From Eledone cirrhosa (Eukaryota), in contig OZ024762.1 of NCBI GenBank assembly GCA_964016885.1, positions 23,374,001 to 23,438,000 of the forward strand: a DNA stretch of 64,000 nt, read 5' to 3'. Position numbers and translations under genes: made by a program. The notes under the pieces were generated by a model. The model was not told the DNA's origin. It was given only the letters and a program-made list of their open reading frames with translations, and made no database searches. How positions within the stretch are numbered: position 1 is the first letter of the stretch; every line of letters starts with the position of its first letter. This document shows positions 44,919 to 63,989 of this stretch, piece after piece.

Positions 44919-45300
44919 GTATATATATGTATATATATATATGTGTGTATGTATATGTAAATGTGTATGTATATATATATATGTGTATGTATATGTAAAT
45001 GTGTATGTATATATATATATATATGTGTATGTATATGTAAATGTGTATGTATATATGTATGTATATATGTATGTGTATATATGTATGTGTGTGTATGTAT
45101 ATATGTATCTATGTATATATATATATATATATATGTATCTATGTCTATATATATATGTATATATGTCTATATATATATGTTTATATACTTTATTCGTGTT
45201 ACATAAAGGAATATCAATGTAGAGATATAGATATATACATGAATATGTGTTTCTGTGTGCATATATATGTTTATTTGCAGACGGATATATACCTATGCGA

Positions 45301-45413
<113 letters not shown>

Positions 45414-45977
45414 TCATCGACCACGTGATATAGTGAAGATATCATCAATGTGTTAGTTGTGACGTATTCCTTTAATAATCTTTATTTAAAAATAGCACCG
45501 CTTTATATATATATATATATATATATATAGACATATATAGATATATATATATATTGTATATATTGTATGGCTTGCGACCGACATATTCAAAACTATCCTC
45601 CCATCAAACAACTCGCCATGTTTGAAACGGAAATACGTCTGCATTCATTCTAATGTCAATGAACAAATGCTTCATATAACAGCATATCACATCTCATATT
45701 TTGACAGCAGCCTATTTCTTCTTCTTTCTGTCTTTCGTTTTGTCCCGTAACTCCCGAGGTAGTCGTATGGACGTCGTACTGAAATACGGTGTTTCTACGA
45801 CATTTTGTTTCTAAACTGGGAGAGCCCCTCTTTTGTCCAGCCCCGAATACAGCAGATTTCTTCCATAGAAGGAGAGCCAGAATGAGAGAATGGAAGCGAG
45901 ATGGTGTGTGTGTGTGTAAATTGACCTGTATTCCTGATAGATTTGCAGGGCGCTCTTATGTCTTGGGCATTTTAAAC

Positions 45978-46270
45978 TTCTTCTTGTTGTTGTGACGTTA
46001 AACTCTGCCAGTTGCAGACTGAGCATTAACATGTCATATCTCTCTCCACAAAGTTCGATCACCAGCAGCAGATTTCAAAGAGCAAAGATCTAGTCCATTC
46101 CATAAGTTGACATTATCAAGCCATCGTTTTGGCTGCCGGCCTCTGCTTCTCTCTACCAGCCAACCTTCCTTCCAGGCATAACCTACTCACACCACCATTT
46201 GATCTCTTTATATGGCCGTATAGTTTGAGTACTCTTGACTTTGTAGAGCTCATCTCCTCGCCACGTCTAA
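45978..46270 (-). mobile_element. RTE-clade LINE 3' fragment
   Basis: Translates to LKLYGHIKRS...LCLEGRLAG / RGRQPKRWLDNVNLWNGL...AAGDRTLWRE, the typical RTE ORF C-terminus, followed by a (caa/gaa) tail. Confidence 0.75.
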
Positions 46271-46574
46271 ACAAAACCGATTTCTTCCAGAGAGAGAGGA
46301 AATGAGAAAGGGATGTAGAGGAAGAATCGAACCCCAGTAGTAGACTGGTACTTTTTTTTATCAACCTCGGAAAGATGAAAGGCTAAGTTGACCTCGGTGG
46401 GATTCGAATTCAGAGAGCAGAGAGTCGAAACAAGTACCACAAAATATTCTCTAATCAATGTTCCCCTACCTCTTCCCTACCTCTTCCCCTACCTCTTCCC
46501 CTACCTCTTCCCCTACATTTGCTGGACTTGTGCCAATGTTAGTAAGAATTATAATTATTTTGATTATTATTTGA

Positions 46575-47298
46575 TGGTGGAGGATTGGGTGAATCCGTAG
46601 AGCGTGGAACGATATTCTTTGCGGCATCAAGTTACACCTCTCTACGTTTTGAGTTGAAATCCCGCCGAGGTTAGTTTTGCTTCTCGTCATTACGGAGTTG
46701 ATAAAATAAAGTACTAGACACACGCTGGGGTTGATTTAATCGACCTTTCCCACCCAACCCCAAATTGCTGGTCCTGTGCCTATAGTAGAAATCATCATTA
46801 TTATCTCTGAATTCAAATCCCATCGAGGTTATCTTTGCCTTTCATCCTTACGGGATCAATAAAATAAAGTACCAGTAATGCTCTGGAGTCGATTTAATCG
46901 ACTTTCTCCTCCCTTAACATTGCCGGCTATGTACCTATAGTAAAAATCATTTCTACCATTCATCCTTATGGAGTTTATAAGATAAAGTACCAGTAATGCT
47001 CTGGGGTCGATTTAATCGACTTTCTCCTCCATTAAAATTTCCGGCTATGTGCCTATAGTAGAAATCATTTCTACCATTCATCCTTACGGAGTTGATAAAA
47101 TAAAGTACCAGTAACGCTCTGGGGTCGATTGAATTAAGGTACCTCCTTCACTTACAAATTGCCGACTTTGTGCCTATAGTAGAAAACATGTTTTGCCATT
47201 CATCCTTACGGGGTTAAAAAATTAAAGTACCAGTCACGCAATGGCGTCGATTTAATATACATACCTCCTTCATTTACAAATTGCTGGCCTTGTACCAA
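46575..47298 (+). mobile_element. SINE family 1 variant followed by about 4 tandem copies of its 3' half
   Basis: ttcatccttacgg...gtaccagt...gtcgattt...tgcctatagtagaaa repeated with a ~116-122 bp period from ~46840. Confidence 0.8.
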
Positions 47299-47606
47299 TT
47301 TGTGCATAGAAACAGTCTTTTACTTCTTTGTCTTTTACTTCTCACATTTCAATCATCTGACAATTCTTGTAATTTTTGTCAATACATGAACCAGGAAAAT
47401 AAAGAAGATCATTTTAATAAACGTTAAACAGATTATCGATCTAAGTCAGTTTAAAGGCAAAAGATTATCTTGATTGGGTTGAAGTAAATGTTGTGTAATA
47501 CAAAACAAAAAAAGCCCTTACTATTCTGCTGCGTCATCACATTTCTAGATAATATATACTGTGCATTGACAATCAAGTAAACATAGTTATGTATATAAAC
47601 GTGTGT

Positions 47607-47651
<45 letters not shown>

Positions 47652-47714
47652 TATAAATGTGTGTGTGTATATATATATATATATATAGGTATGCATATTT
47701 TTATATATATATAT

Positions 47715-48188
47715 AATTGTTTCTACTTTTGGCAAAAGGCCAGCAATTATCAAAGTACATTACTGGTACTTTATTTTATCGACCCCGTAAGGATGAAAGG
47801 CAAAGTTAACCTCGGCGGGATATGAATTCAGATCATAAAGGGAGGTAACTCTATGCTTCAAAGGCATGGCGCCCGACCCTCTACCGATACTGCCAATATA
47901 TATAATAATCGTTATACTTATATATATATTTATAAATAAGATAAAGGTAATATCATGTATTACCCGATTATATATATATATATACACATATATATATATA
48001 TAATTGTTTCTACTTTAGGCACAAGGCCAGCAATTACCCAGTACATTACTGGTACTTTATTTTATCGACCCCGTAAGGATGAAAGACAAAGTTAACCTTG
48101 GCGGGATTTGAACTCAGATCGCAAAGGGACGTAACTATGCTGGAAAGCATGGCGTCCGACCCTCTACCGATACTGCCAATCCACCGCC
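47715..48188 (-). mobile_element. Two SINE family 1 copies (47715-47897, 48001-48188)
   Basis: Reverse complement of the SINE consensus, 3' ends in (TA)n. Confidence 0.85.
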
Positions 48189-48419
48189 TTATATATGTGT
48201 ATATATAATGGCTATATAAATATATGTGTGCGTTATATTTCTATCAACAATTAACTGTACCCCCACGTATATATAGACAGAGATATTGAAGATGCTTTGT
48301 AATTTGCATACAATAAAATTATGAATATTTAAGCTGGATATAATCTACATGGCAATGTAGATGTTCGAAAGATTACCTATACTGATAAAATATATTACAT
48401 TGTTACTGATATATATTTT

Positions 48420-52361
<3,942 letters not shown>

Positions 52362-52461
52362 AGACAGAGAGAGAGAGATAAACAAATAACTCATCTTCAT
52401 ATTAAAACAAATACTTCTCCCACACCGCCATCTCTACTACCACCTGTATATCTTAAGGAAA

Positions 52462-52515
<54 letters not shown>

Positions 52516-53283
52516 TAAAATATTCTGAAATTTGTCATCACCTCTTAAATAAAATATCAAATATATTAAAAGATATACAAAAACACAAGCTTATAAAATG
52601 TTTTATCGCTTCTTTTTTCAAATTACCTCCCTTGGGATATACTCTCCAGTTTTAAAGTTTCATCCTATTTGACTAATCGTTTCTAGAATCTGTCAACTTA
52701 GTTATACATCAAAGATTTCTTTTACTGTTTATTTTTCCTCTATTTTTTTTTTGTTTGTTGCTGTATTTTGTTTGTTGTTGTATTTTCTTCTTATTTTTTT
52801 TGAATTGAGGAGACTGTTTTTTTCGTTATTTTTCTATTATTAACTACTTTTATTTTCTATTTTCTTTTGTATTGCGTGTGTGTGTCTGTGTATATATGTG
52901 TATATATATATATATGTGTGGGGGGGGGGTGATATATGTGTGTCTCCTTCCTTTTATTTCAACATCGTAACAATATAAACATTTTAGATGAAAAGTATTT
53001 ATCTAATACATATAATATATATATTATTTATGTGTATTTATATATTATATATATATATATAGATAGATAGATATAATGTATGTGTGTGTATATATATATA
53101 TAGAAAGAGAGACAGGGTAGATATGTATGTATATATATGTATGTATGTATATATGTAGATATGTATGTATGTATGTAGATAAATATGTATGTAGATATAT
53201 ATCTATTTAGATATATATGTAGGTAGCTATATATATATGTATGTAGGTGTGTATATACATATATATTTATATATATATATATG

Positions 53284-53329
<46 letters not shown>

Positions 53330-53345
53330 GATATATATAATGTAG

Positions 53346-53396
<51 letters not shown>

Positions 53397-53689
53397 AATG
53401 TAGATATATATGTATGTAGGTGTGTATATATTTATATATATATATGCAGATATATAATGTAGGTGTATGTGTATATATATATATATATATATGCAGATAT
53501 ATATAATGTAGGTGTGTATATATATATATATATGTATATATATATAAATGTATATATATATGTATGTAGATATATAATGTAGGTGTGTATATATTTATAT
53601 ATATATATGCAGATATATAATGTAGGTGTATGTGTATATATATATATATATGTATGCAGATATATAATGTAGGTGTATATTTATATATA

Positions 53690-53972
53690 TGGAGGCACGT
53701 GACCTAGAGGTAAGTGTGTTTAACTTGCGATCATAATGTCGTGGGTTTGATTGCAGGTGTGCGTGTTGTGTTGTTGAGCAAGACACTTCATTTCACGTTG
53801 CTCCAGTATACTTTGCTGAAAATGAGTACCAGTAATAGCTGGAGGTTTAACCCTTCGATGGACTGGCGTCCTGTCCAGGGGGGGGGGAGTCTTGTACTCT
53901 CAGTTGCTTCACGCCGTGAAACCGGGATAAGCACCGGCCACCATATGAGCCTTCTGGCTTAAGACAGACCTT
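53690..53972 (+). mobile_element. tRNA-derived SINE, family 2
   Basis: tRNA-like head (ggaggcacgtgacctagagg...gggtttgatt), ttgagcaagacactt and gatggactggcgtcctgtccaggg blocks; related copies at 26320-27360. Confidence 0.7.
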
Positions 53973-53975
53973 AGA

Positions 53976-54029
<54 letters not shown>

Positions 54030-54087
54030 TGTGTGTATGTGTGTGTTTGTATGGGAAATTATGTAATGAATGTGTGTATATACATAC

Positions 54088-54159
<72 letters not shown>

Positions 54160-54244
54160 AAGTAGGTATGTGAATATATATAATGTATGTATATATAAAT
54201 ATGTATGTAGATACACATATAATGTAGGTGTTTAAATATATATG

Positions 54245-54294
<50 letters not shown>

Positions 54295-54804
54295 GTACTT
54301 GTGTGTATACATATAACTTATGTATGTGGGTTTTGTTGTGTGTGATAATGTGTGTATATGTATGTATGCATAAAACATGTCTCAATCTTTGTGTCTATAT
54401 ATCAATACGTTGGTGCTTGTATAACATTCGACATGTATACACCTGCATGTATATATACGTTCATACAGATACACACTTATACGGAGTTATACACACACAT
54501 ATACATACATATATATATATATATATACACGCGCACATGTATGACAGTACGTAACATGGTAACATTGGAAAGAGAAAGAATTTAAAGAGACCCAAACATA
54601 ATTGAAGATATCATTGAGTGACCTCAATCATGTAATCAATATATCGATTTATATATATATATAGATAGATAGATATGACATGAAACAACAGTGCATATGT
54701 CACATTTACTCGTCTCCTACGCCTCTCATTTTCTACATCTCTTTCACTAGGTAGATATATATATATAGAGAGAGAGATTGATAGATAGATTTAGAGAGAG
54801 ACAC

Positions 54805-54841
<37 letters not shown>

Positions 54842-55099
54842 TGTCTCTCTCTCTATATATATATATATATGTGTAGATAGATAGATACATTTAGAGAGAG
54901 AGAGAGAAATTCATAGATAAATTTAGAGAGAGACATTGATAGATAAATTTAGAGAGAGACACATATATATATATATATATCTTTATAGATAGATAGATAT
55001 CATATAAAATCATCTTTTACAAGACTGCAATTGTTCCATTCTTTTGATATCATCAGGAATATAAGTCTTCCGTTTAAAGACATTCTTAACATAACTATT

Positions 55100-55153
<54 letters not shown>

Positions 55154-55468
55154 GTGTGTGTGCGTGTGTATCTCAAATTCGTTGGATTTTGAAATTGGAT
55201 TTTCACTCTGGAACTGGAGATACACCCGGAGTTATCTGGACTTCCAACAGGAAATCATTTCGTACCACTGATATTTTCATTGCTTCTTATATATATGTAT
55301 GCGTGTGTGTGTTTGTGGAAATAATTTACTGGCAATAAATTGGAGTGAAATCCAACAGGTGCGTGTGTTTTTATTGGCAGCATGACTCAAATTATAACAA
55401 TATATGATTCAACACACGTTTTCAGATAAGATAACTTGCAGAACAAATTCAAGAACATGGAAGATTAT

Positions 55469-55654
55469 ATGGATTGGCAGTATCGGTAGAGGATCGGACG
55501 CCATGCTTTGACTCAAAGAGTTACGGCCCTTTCCATTCTGAGTTCAAATCCCGCCAAGGTTAACTTTGTCTTTCATCCTTATGGGGTCGATACAATAAAG
55601 TACCAGTAATGTACTGGGTAATTACTAGCCTTGTGCCTAAAGTAGAAACAATTA
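55469..55654 (+). mobile_element. SINE family 1
   Basis: Clear match to the consensus. Confidence 0.85.
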
Positions 55655-55781
55655 TATATATATATATATATATAGTTATGTAATAAAGAACATAAGATAA
55701 TTATTTCATTTACCAGTGGTTTCTTGAAAGCAAACAATTTGCTTTCAGTCATCAGAATGAAAAAATCGTGGTGCATTTATT

Positions 55782-55835
<54 letters not shown>

Positions 55836-56289
55836 GCAAGGTTTTTGATGATATGAAATCGTGTGTCGAAACAAATATATATATATAAAAATTAATTTAT
55901 ATATATATATAAATTTATATATATATATAAATTATATATATATATATATATATAAAAATTAATTTATATATATATATATATATAAAAATTAAATTGAAAC
56001 AAAATGAAAACGAAATTTCATTTCTCACTCTTAGTATGGCACTTACTTAAATGTAAGTATGCATGTATACGTACATACATATATGTATACAGACGTACAG
56101 TAGCATGCACATATATATATATACATATATATATACATATGTATACAGGTACACATACATATATGCACGTATCAGTTTAGCGGCGCTAACGTCGCTTTGT
56201 TCGTTTGTAAACAAACTGAACAGCCTGAATTTATGCCATACGGTGTTAAGGCAACCACGTCACCTTTTTGTTCAACACTGACACAGGAA

Positions 56290-56330
56290 CGATGTACTAG
56301 TTTCAAGCTTGTTAGCTATCATCAGCACCG
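56290..56330 (-). ncRNA. Type I hammerhead ribozyme motif
   Basis: Reverse complement of 56750-56790. Confidence 0.85.
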
Positions 56331-56472
56331 TTTACCCATCTGCCAGATAGTTGAACGTTCGAAAGTATATACTTTCCTTATGAAAATTAACGGCTGAGCA
56401 GCCTAATTAGCGCCGCTAAACTGATACGTGCATATATGTATGTGTACCTGTATACATATGTATATATATATG

Positions 56473-56507
<35 letters not shown>

Positions 56508-56749
56508 GTGCATGCTACTGTACGTCTGTATACATATATGTATGTACGTATACATGCATACTTACATTTAAGTAAGTGCCATACTAAGAGTGAGAAATGA
56601 AATTTCGTTTTCATTTTGTTTCAATTTATCGTTTTCGGTATGCCTGACCGATTTAACTCACTCAATATGCAAATTAGGCTGCTCAGCCGTTAATTTTCAT
56701 AAGGAAAGTATATACTTTCGAACGTTCAACTATCTGGCAGATGGGTAAA

Positions 56750-56790
56750 CGGTGCTGATGATAGCTAACAAGCTTGAAACTAGTACATCG
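56750..56790 (+). ncRNA. Type I hammerhead ribozyme motif
   Basis: cggtg-CTGATGA-t agct/aaca/agct t-GAAA-ctag-TA-catcg; stem I extends via ctggca/tgtcag and gttcaac/gttgaac. Confidence 0.87.
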
Positions 56791-57351
56791 TTCCTGTGTC
56801 AGTGTTGAACAAAAAGGTGACGTGGTTGCCTTAACACCGTATGGCATAAATTCAGGCTGTTCAGTTTGTTTACAAACGAACAAAGCGACGTTAGCGCCGC
56901 TAAACTGATACGTGCATATATGTATGTGTACCTGTATACATATGTATATATATATGTATATATATATATATATGTGCATGCTACTGTACGTCTGTATACA
57001 TATATGTATGTACGTATACATGCATACTTACATTTATATAAAAATTAATTTATATATATATATATATATATAAAAATTAATTTATATATATATATATATA
57101 TAAAAATTAATTTATATATATATATATATATAATATAATATTTATATATATATATAATATTATATTTATATATATATATATATATAATATTATATATATA
57201 TATAAATTATTATATATATATATATATATATATAAATTATTATATATATATATATATATATAAATTATTATATATATATATATATATAAATTATTATATA
57301 TATATATATATATATATATAAATTATTATATATATATATATATATATAAAT

Positions 57352-57425
<74 letters not shown>

Positions 57426-57442
57426 TATTATATATATATATA

Positions 57443-58312
57443 TAAGGATTAAAATACTGGAGCGTGTTGGAGTTAAACACCCTCTTCGTATTATAGAAAT
57501 GACAGTAAAAGGTATAGCTCAATGTAGTTAAACAGAGCCGAAGAATTATGAAAGTAAAACAAAGAAACCTTCAATACATCAAAAGTCTTTATTAGCCAAC
57601 AATGTTTCGTCCTATTAAGGACTCATCAGGGCAATTAAAACAACAAGAAGTATTATCGGCCTAAACAAGCCGAAAACTCCGAAGAATATGGAGTGTACAT
57701 ACACTAAAGTATTGCAAGATTATGGGTAAAAATATATAATAAAAATCACTAAGGAGGTATATAACATTTAGAACCATATTACAAATATAGTCCAAAACAA
57801 AACAAAAAAAAACAAAAAAACTAGAGCTAAACAAAAGTGGTTATATAGAGCGGGAATTATATATAATACTATATAATATAATATAATATACTTGTAACAA
57901 TATTAAAATTACAATAAAAATTAAAAGGTACAATATATATATGTATATATGTACGCACACGTACGCACACATACACATACATCAATACACATATCCATCT
58001 TTAACAGCACAAATTAAACCTTATTAAGAGTTTAAATATAAGTAAGCATGATAGGAATAAAAATAATAATAATAGTAATAATACCTATATCTAATATACA
58101 TGAGGTAATATTATATGATTATAAGTAGCTCATATAATATATAACAAACTATACAATTATATACCATATAATATAATATAATAATAGATAATCTCCGGTT
58201 AATTTACACAAACAATATAGATGTCACAATAGTACTATAATAACAATATAATAACATATATAATATATAATGGCATGCAAATTAACAAATCAATTCATAC
58301 AGAGTTACATAG
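57443..58312 (-). mobile_element. Probable PLE 3' UTR/pseudo-LTR fragment with hammerhead at 57591-57635
   Basis: HHR and terminal ~34 bp match the two pieces of the mini-insertion at 4257-4378; (TA)n flanks. Confidence 0.75.
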
Positions 58313-58872
58313 TATATATATATAAATTATTATATATATATATATATAAATTATTATATATATATATATATATATATAAATTATTATATATATATATATA
58401 TATATATAAATTATTATATATATATATATATATATATAAATTATTATATATATATATATATATATATAAATTATTATATATATATATATATATATAAATT
58501 ATTATATATATATATATATATATATAAATTATTATATATATATATATATATATAAATTATTATATATATATATATATATATAATTATTATATATATATAT
58601 ATATATATATAAATTATTATATATATATATATATAAATTATTATATATATATATATATATAATAAATTATTATATATATATATATATATATATAAATTAT
58701 TATATATATATATATATATATATAAATTATTATATATATATATATATATATATAAATTATTATATATATATATATATATATAAATTATTATATATATATA
58801 TATATATATATATAAATTATTATATATATATATATATATAAATTATTATATATATAATATATATATATAAAT

Positions 58873-58966
<94 letters not shown>

Positions 58967-59115
58967 TGTTATATATATATATATATAATTGTATATATAT
59001 ATATATATAAATTGTTATATATATATATATATATAAATTGTTATATATATATATATATATAAATTGTTATATATATATATATATATAAATTGTTATATAT
59101 ATATATATATATAAA

Positions 59116-59161
<46 letters not shown>

Positions 59162-59213
59162 TATTATATATATATATATATATATAATTAATATATATAT
59201 ATATATATATAAA

Positions 59214-59260
<47 letters not shown>

Positions 59261-59285
59261 TTATTATATATATATATATATATAA

Positions 59286-59324
<39 letters not shown>

Positions 59325-59349
59325 TATTATATATATATATATATATAAA

Positions 59350-59456
<107 letters not shown>

Positions 59457-59572
59457 TATTATATATATATATATATATATAAATTATTATATATATTATA
59501 TATATATAAATTATTATATATATATATATATATAATTATATATATATATTATATATAATATAATATAATTAT

Positions 59573-59603
<31 letters not shown>

Positions 59604-59666
59604 ATATATATATATATATATATATATAAATTATTATATATATATATATATATATATATAAATTAT

Positions 59667-59701
<35 letters not shown>

Positions 59702-59703
59702 AT

Positions 59704-59748
<45 letters not shown>

Positions 59749-59753
59749 TTATA

Positions 59754-59800
<47 letters not shown>

Positions 59801-59811
59801 TATTATATATA

Positions 59812-60011
59812 NNNNNNNNNNNNNNNNNNNNNNNNNNNNNNNNNNNNNNNNNNNNNNNNNNNNNNNNNNNNNNNNNNNNNNNNNNNNNNNNNNNNNNNNN
59901 NNNNNNNNNNNNNNNNNNNNNNNNNNNNNNNNNNNNNNNNNNNNNNNNNNNNNNNNNNNNNNNNNNNNNNNNNNNNNNNNNNNNNNNNNNNNNNNNNNNN
60001 NNNNNNNNNNN
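59812..60011. other. Assembly gap (200 N)
   Basis: Run of N between a (TA)n array and a C-rich minisatellite. Confidence 1.
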
Positions 60012-60500
60012 CCTCTTGCCTGCCCACCTACCCTCCCCTATCGTCTGCCCACCTACCTCCCCTATCGTCTGCCCACCTACCTCCCCTCTCGTCTGCCCAC
60101 CTACCCTCCCCTCTCGTCTGCCCACCTACCTTCCCTATCGTCTGCCCACCTACCCTCCCATCTCGCCTGCCCACCTACCTCCCCTCTCGTCTGCCCACCT
60201 ACCTTCCCTATCGTCTGCCCACCTACCCTCCCCTCTCGCCTGCCCACCTACCCTCCCCTATCGTCTGCCCACCTACCTCCCCTATCGTCTGCCCACCTAC
60301 CTTCCCTATCGTCTGCCCACCTACCCTCCCTCTCGCCTGCCCACCTACCCTCCCCTATCGTCTGCCCACCTACCTCCCCTATCGTCTGCCCACCTACCTT
60401 CCCTATCGTCTGCCCACCTCCCCTCCCCTCTCGCCTGCCCACCTCCCCTCCCTTATCGTCTGCCCACCTACCTGCCCTATCATCTGCACCCCCCTAACCT
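60012..60500. repeat. 24-25 bp C-rich minisatellite (cgtctgcccacctacc(c)tccccta t)
   Basis: About 19-20 visible copies. Confidence 0.92.
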
Positions 60501-60825
60501 ACCCCCCCCCCCATCTTCTATTTAGCTCTCATACAATTAACACTGAAAACAATCAAATTCGTTAGCCAAATACTCCAATAACAACAACAACAACCAGTGG
60601 TATTAACATACGATAAAACAATGGCATGAAAATCAATTAGACAATCATCTATATATGTATATATATATATGTATATATATATATATGTATATATATATAT
60701 GTATGTGTGTGTCTGTGTGTGTGTGTCTGTACGTGTATATAAACATGTAATTGTATTTATATCCATGTATATGCATATCTATCTGTGTATGTATGTATAT
60801 GTATATGTATATGTATATATATATA

Positions 60826-60863
<38 letters not shown>

Positions 60864-61081
60864 CGTGTATATGAATATGTAATTGTATTTATATTCATGT
60901 ATATGCATATCTATCTATGTATGTGTATTTGTCCCCTTCTTTTGTGCCCCTGTGGCTAATAAAGAAATATATCTATGTATGTATATGTATATGTATATCT
61001 ATATATATGTGTGTATGTGTACGTGTATATGAATATGTAATTGTATTTATATTCATGTATATGCATATCTATCTATGTATG

Positions 61082-61115
<34 letters not shown>

Positions 61116-62333
61116 TGTATATGTATATATATGTGTGTGTGTGTATGTGTACGTGTATATGAATATGTAATTGTATTTATATTCATGTATATGCATATCT
61201 GTCTTTGTATGTATATATGTATATGTATATATATATATGTGTGTGTGTGTACGTGTATATGTATATGTAATTGTATTTAAATTCATGTATATGCATATCT
61301 ATCTATGTATGTGTATTTGTCCCCTTCTTTTGTGCCCCTGTGGCTAATAAAGAAATATATCTATGTATGTATATATATATGTATATGTATATGTGTATGT
61401 GTACGTGTATATGAATATGTAATTGTATTTATATTCATGTATATGCATATCTATCTATGTATGTATATATATATATGTATATATATATATATGTATATGT
61501 ATATATATGTGTGTGTGTGTATGTGTACGTGTATATGAATATGTAGTTGTATTTATATTCATGTATATGCATATCTATCTATATATATATATATGTATAT
61601 GTATATATATATATGTGTGTGTGTGTGTACGTGTATATGTATATGTAATTGTATTTATATTCATGTATATGCATATCTGTCTTTGTATGTATATATGTAT
61701 ATGTATATATATATGTATATGTATATATATATATATGTGTGTGTGTACGTGTATATGTATATGTAATTGTATTTAAATTCATGTATATGCATATCTATCT
61801 TTGTATGTATATATGTATGTATCTGTGGGTGGGTGTATGTGTATATGTGCATATGCATATGTTAATGTATATATGTTCATATATATGCATTATCTATGTA
61901 TGTATGTATCTGTGGGTGGGTGCATGTGTATACGTGTACATGAATATGTAAGTGTATATATATATTCATATATATGTATATCTATCTATGTATGTATGTG
62001 TGTGTCTGTGTGTGGATCGGTGTAAGTGTATATGTGTACATGTATATATGCATATGGATCTGTATATATATTCATATATATGCATATCTATGTATGTATG
62101 TATCTGTGAGTGGGTGCATGTGTATAAGTGTACATGCATATGTAAGTGTATATATATATTCATATGTATGCATACATAATATGTATATATATATACATAA
62201 TATGTATATATATATATACATAATATGTATATATATATATATCACAGAAAAAAAGACAATCAGTGTTGCGACGAATGGAATTTATTTGACATATTACAAT
62301 CGTTTCTCTGGCGACCAGCTCGAGGCACGATCG

Positions 62334-62391
<58 letters not shown>

Positions 62392-62394
<3 letters not shown>

Positions 62395-62596
62395 CGAAGG
62401 AAATGTGGTAAGGAACCAGGTGGATCATAACGCACCAAAGTACTCAATACTTAGGGTAGTAGAGTGGGTAATAGGAACGAGTAGGACCCCGACGGCTGAG
62501 CTCAAACCGTTTCAACGGCTAATTCTGGACTAAAAAGTTCAGAATTAGCCGTCGAAACGGCTTGAGCTCAGCCGTCGGGCTCCTACTCGTTCCTAT
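62392..62596. mobile_element. Short two-armed insertion of the 39346-41975 PLE family terminus
   Basis: - arm carries the full tail (ataacgaaggaaatgtggtaagg...); + arm ends at ctactcgttccta; (TA)n flanks. Confidence 0.8.
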
Positions 62597-62597
62597 A

Positions 62598-62661
<64 letters not shown>

Positions 62662-62666
<5 letters not shown>

Positions 62667-63533
62667 GGAAAAAATGAAATTTTAATTCTCACACTTAGTA
62701 CGGCTGATACTTAAATATAAGTATGTATACGTACATACATATATGTATACAGACGTACACTAGTATGTATATACATGCATACATGCACACATATATATAT
62801 GTACGTATGGGTTTACCGAACATATATTATAATGCTCGGTTTGTTTGTAAACAAACAGCCCAAATTATTAGCCGTACAGTGTTCGGGAACCATCGTTCAA
62901 CCTTTTGTGCAACACTGACAAAGAAACGATGAACTAGTTTCTAGCTTATTAGCTGTCATCAGCACCGTATACCTTCCTGTCAGTCGAGTGAACGTTTGAA
63001 AGTATATACTTTCCTTATAATAAATGTTCGGTAAACCCATACGTACATATATACATATGTGTGTGCATGTATGTATATACATACTACTGTACGTCTGTAT
63101 ACATATATATATATGTACGTATACATACTTATATTTAAGTATCAGCCGTACTAAGAGTGAAAAATGAAATTTCGTTTTTTCCATTTATCGTTTTCGGTAC
63201 ACCAGGCCGACTAAATCACTCGATATGCAAATTAGGCTGCTCAGCCGTTAATAGGCGTAAGGAAAGTATATACTTTCAAACGTTCAATCAACTGAGAGGA
63301 AGGTATACGGTGATGATGACAGCTAATAAGCTAGAAACTAGTTCATCGTTCCTTTGTCAAGTGTTCATCAAAAGGCCAACGATGGTTGCCGAACACTGTT
63401 TACAAACAAACCGAATATTATAATATATGTTCAATAAACACATACGTACATATATATATATATGTGTGCATGTGTAAATATACATACTACTGTACGTCTG
63501 TATACATATATGTATGTACGTATACATACTTAT
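62662..63533. mobile_element. Retrozyme-like element (octamer + HHR family): - arm 62662-63020, + arm longer than one monomer
   Basis: Homologous to 55990-57036; catacgtacatat recurs 403 bp apart; octamer 63225-63232; HHR on - intact, HHR on + (63308-63348) has ATGATGA. Confidence 0.85.
62927..62967 (-). ncRNA. Type I hammerhead ribozyme motif
   Basis: cggtg-CTGATGA-c agct/aata/agct a-GAAA-ctag-TT-catcg. Confidence 0.85.
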
Positions 63534-63536
63534 ATA

Positions 63537-63593
<57 letters not shown>

Positions 63594-63892
63594 ATAATAA
63601 TAAATTTGAAGACTAAAATCCAAAGAGGGATCGATAAGGATAAATATATATCAAATATATAAGGAAACCCTATACATATATATATATATATGCGTATATT
63701 TGTAAATATATGTATGCAAATATATGTATACACACGCATATATGTTTGAGTGATATGTCTTTATCTGTATATGTATGTGTGTGAGTGTGTGTATATATAT
63801 ATGTGAATGTGTGTGTGTGATGTCTTACCCGGCATGTTTCATTATTTGCGTGTATATATATATAGACATATATATATATATACACATATATA

Positions 63893-63989
<97 letters not shown>

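Larger units (their letters stand above)
55990..57036. mobile_element. Retrozyme-like element (octamer + HHR family): - arm 55990-56409, + arm of about 1.3 monomers 56407-57036
   Basis: ttagcgccgctaaactg recurs at 56407 and 56891 (period 484 including variable TA); octamer 56667-56674; HHR in both arms. Confidence 0.85.

Noticed and set aside
60016-60525. Proline-rich ORF
   Set aside because: Translation of a 24-25 bp minisatellite with variable unit length next to a gap.
62270-62335. Hammerhead on the minus strand (ctgg/ccag-GAAA-cgattg-TA...AATAAA)
   Set aside because: Only the 3' half is present; the CTGANGA box and stem I are missing, so it is not called as a ribozyme.
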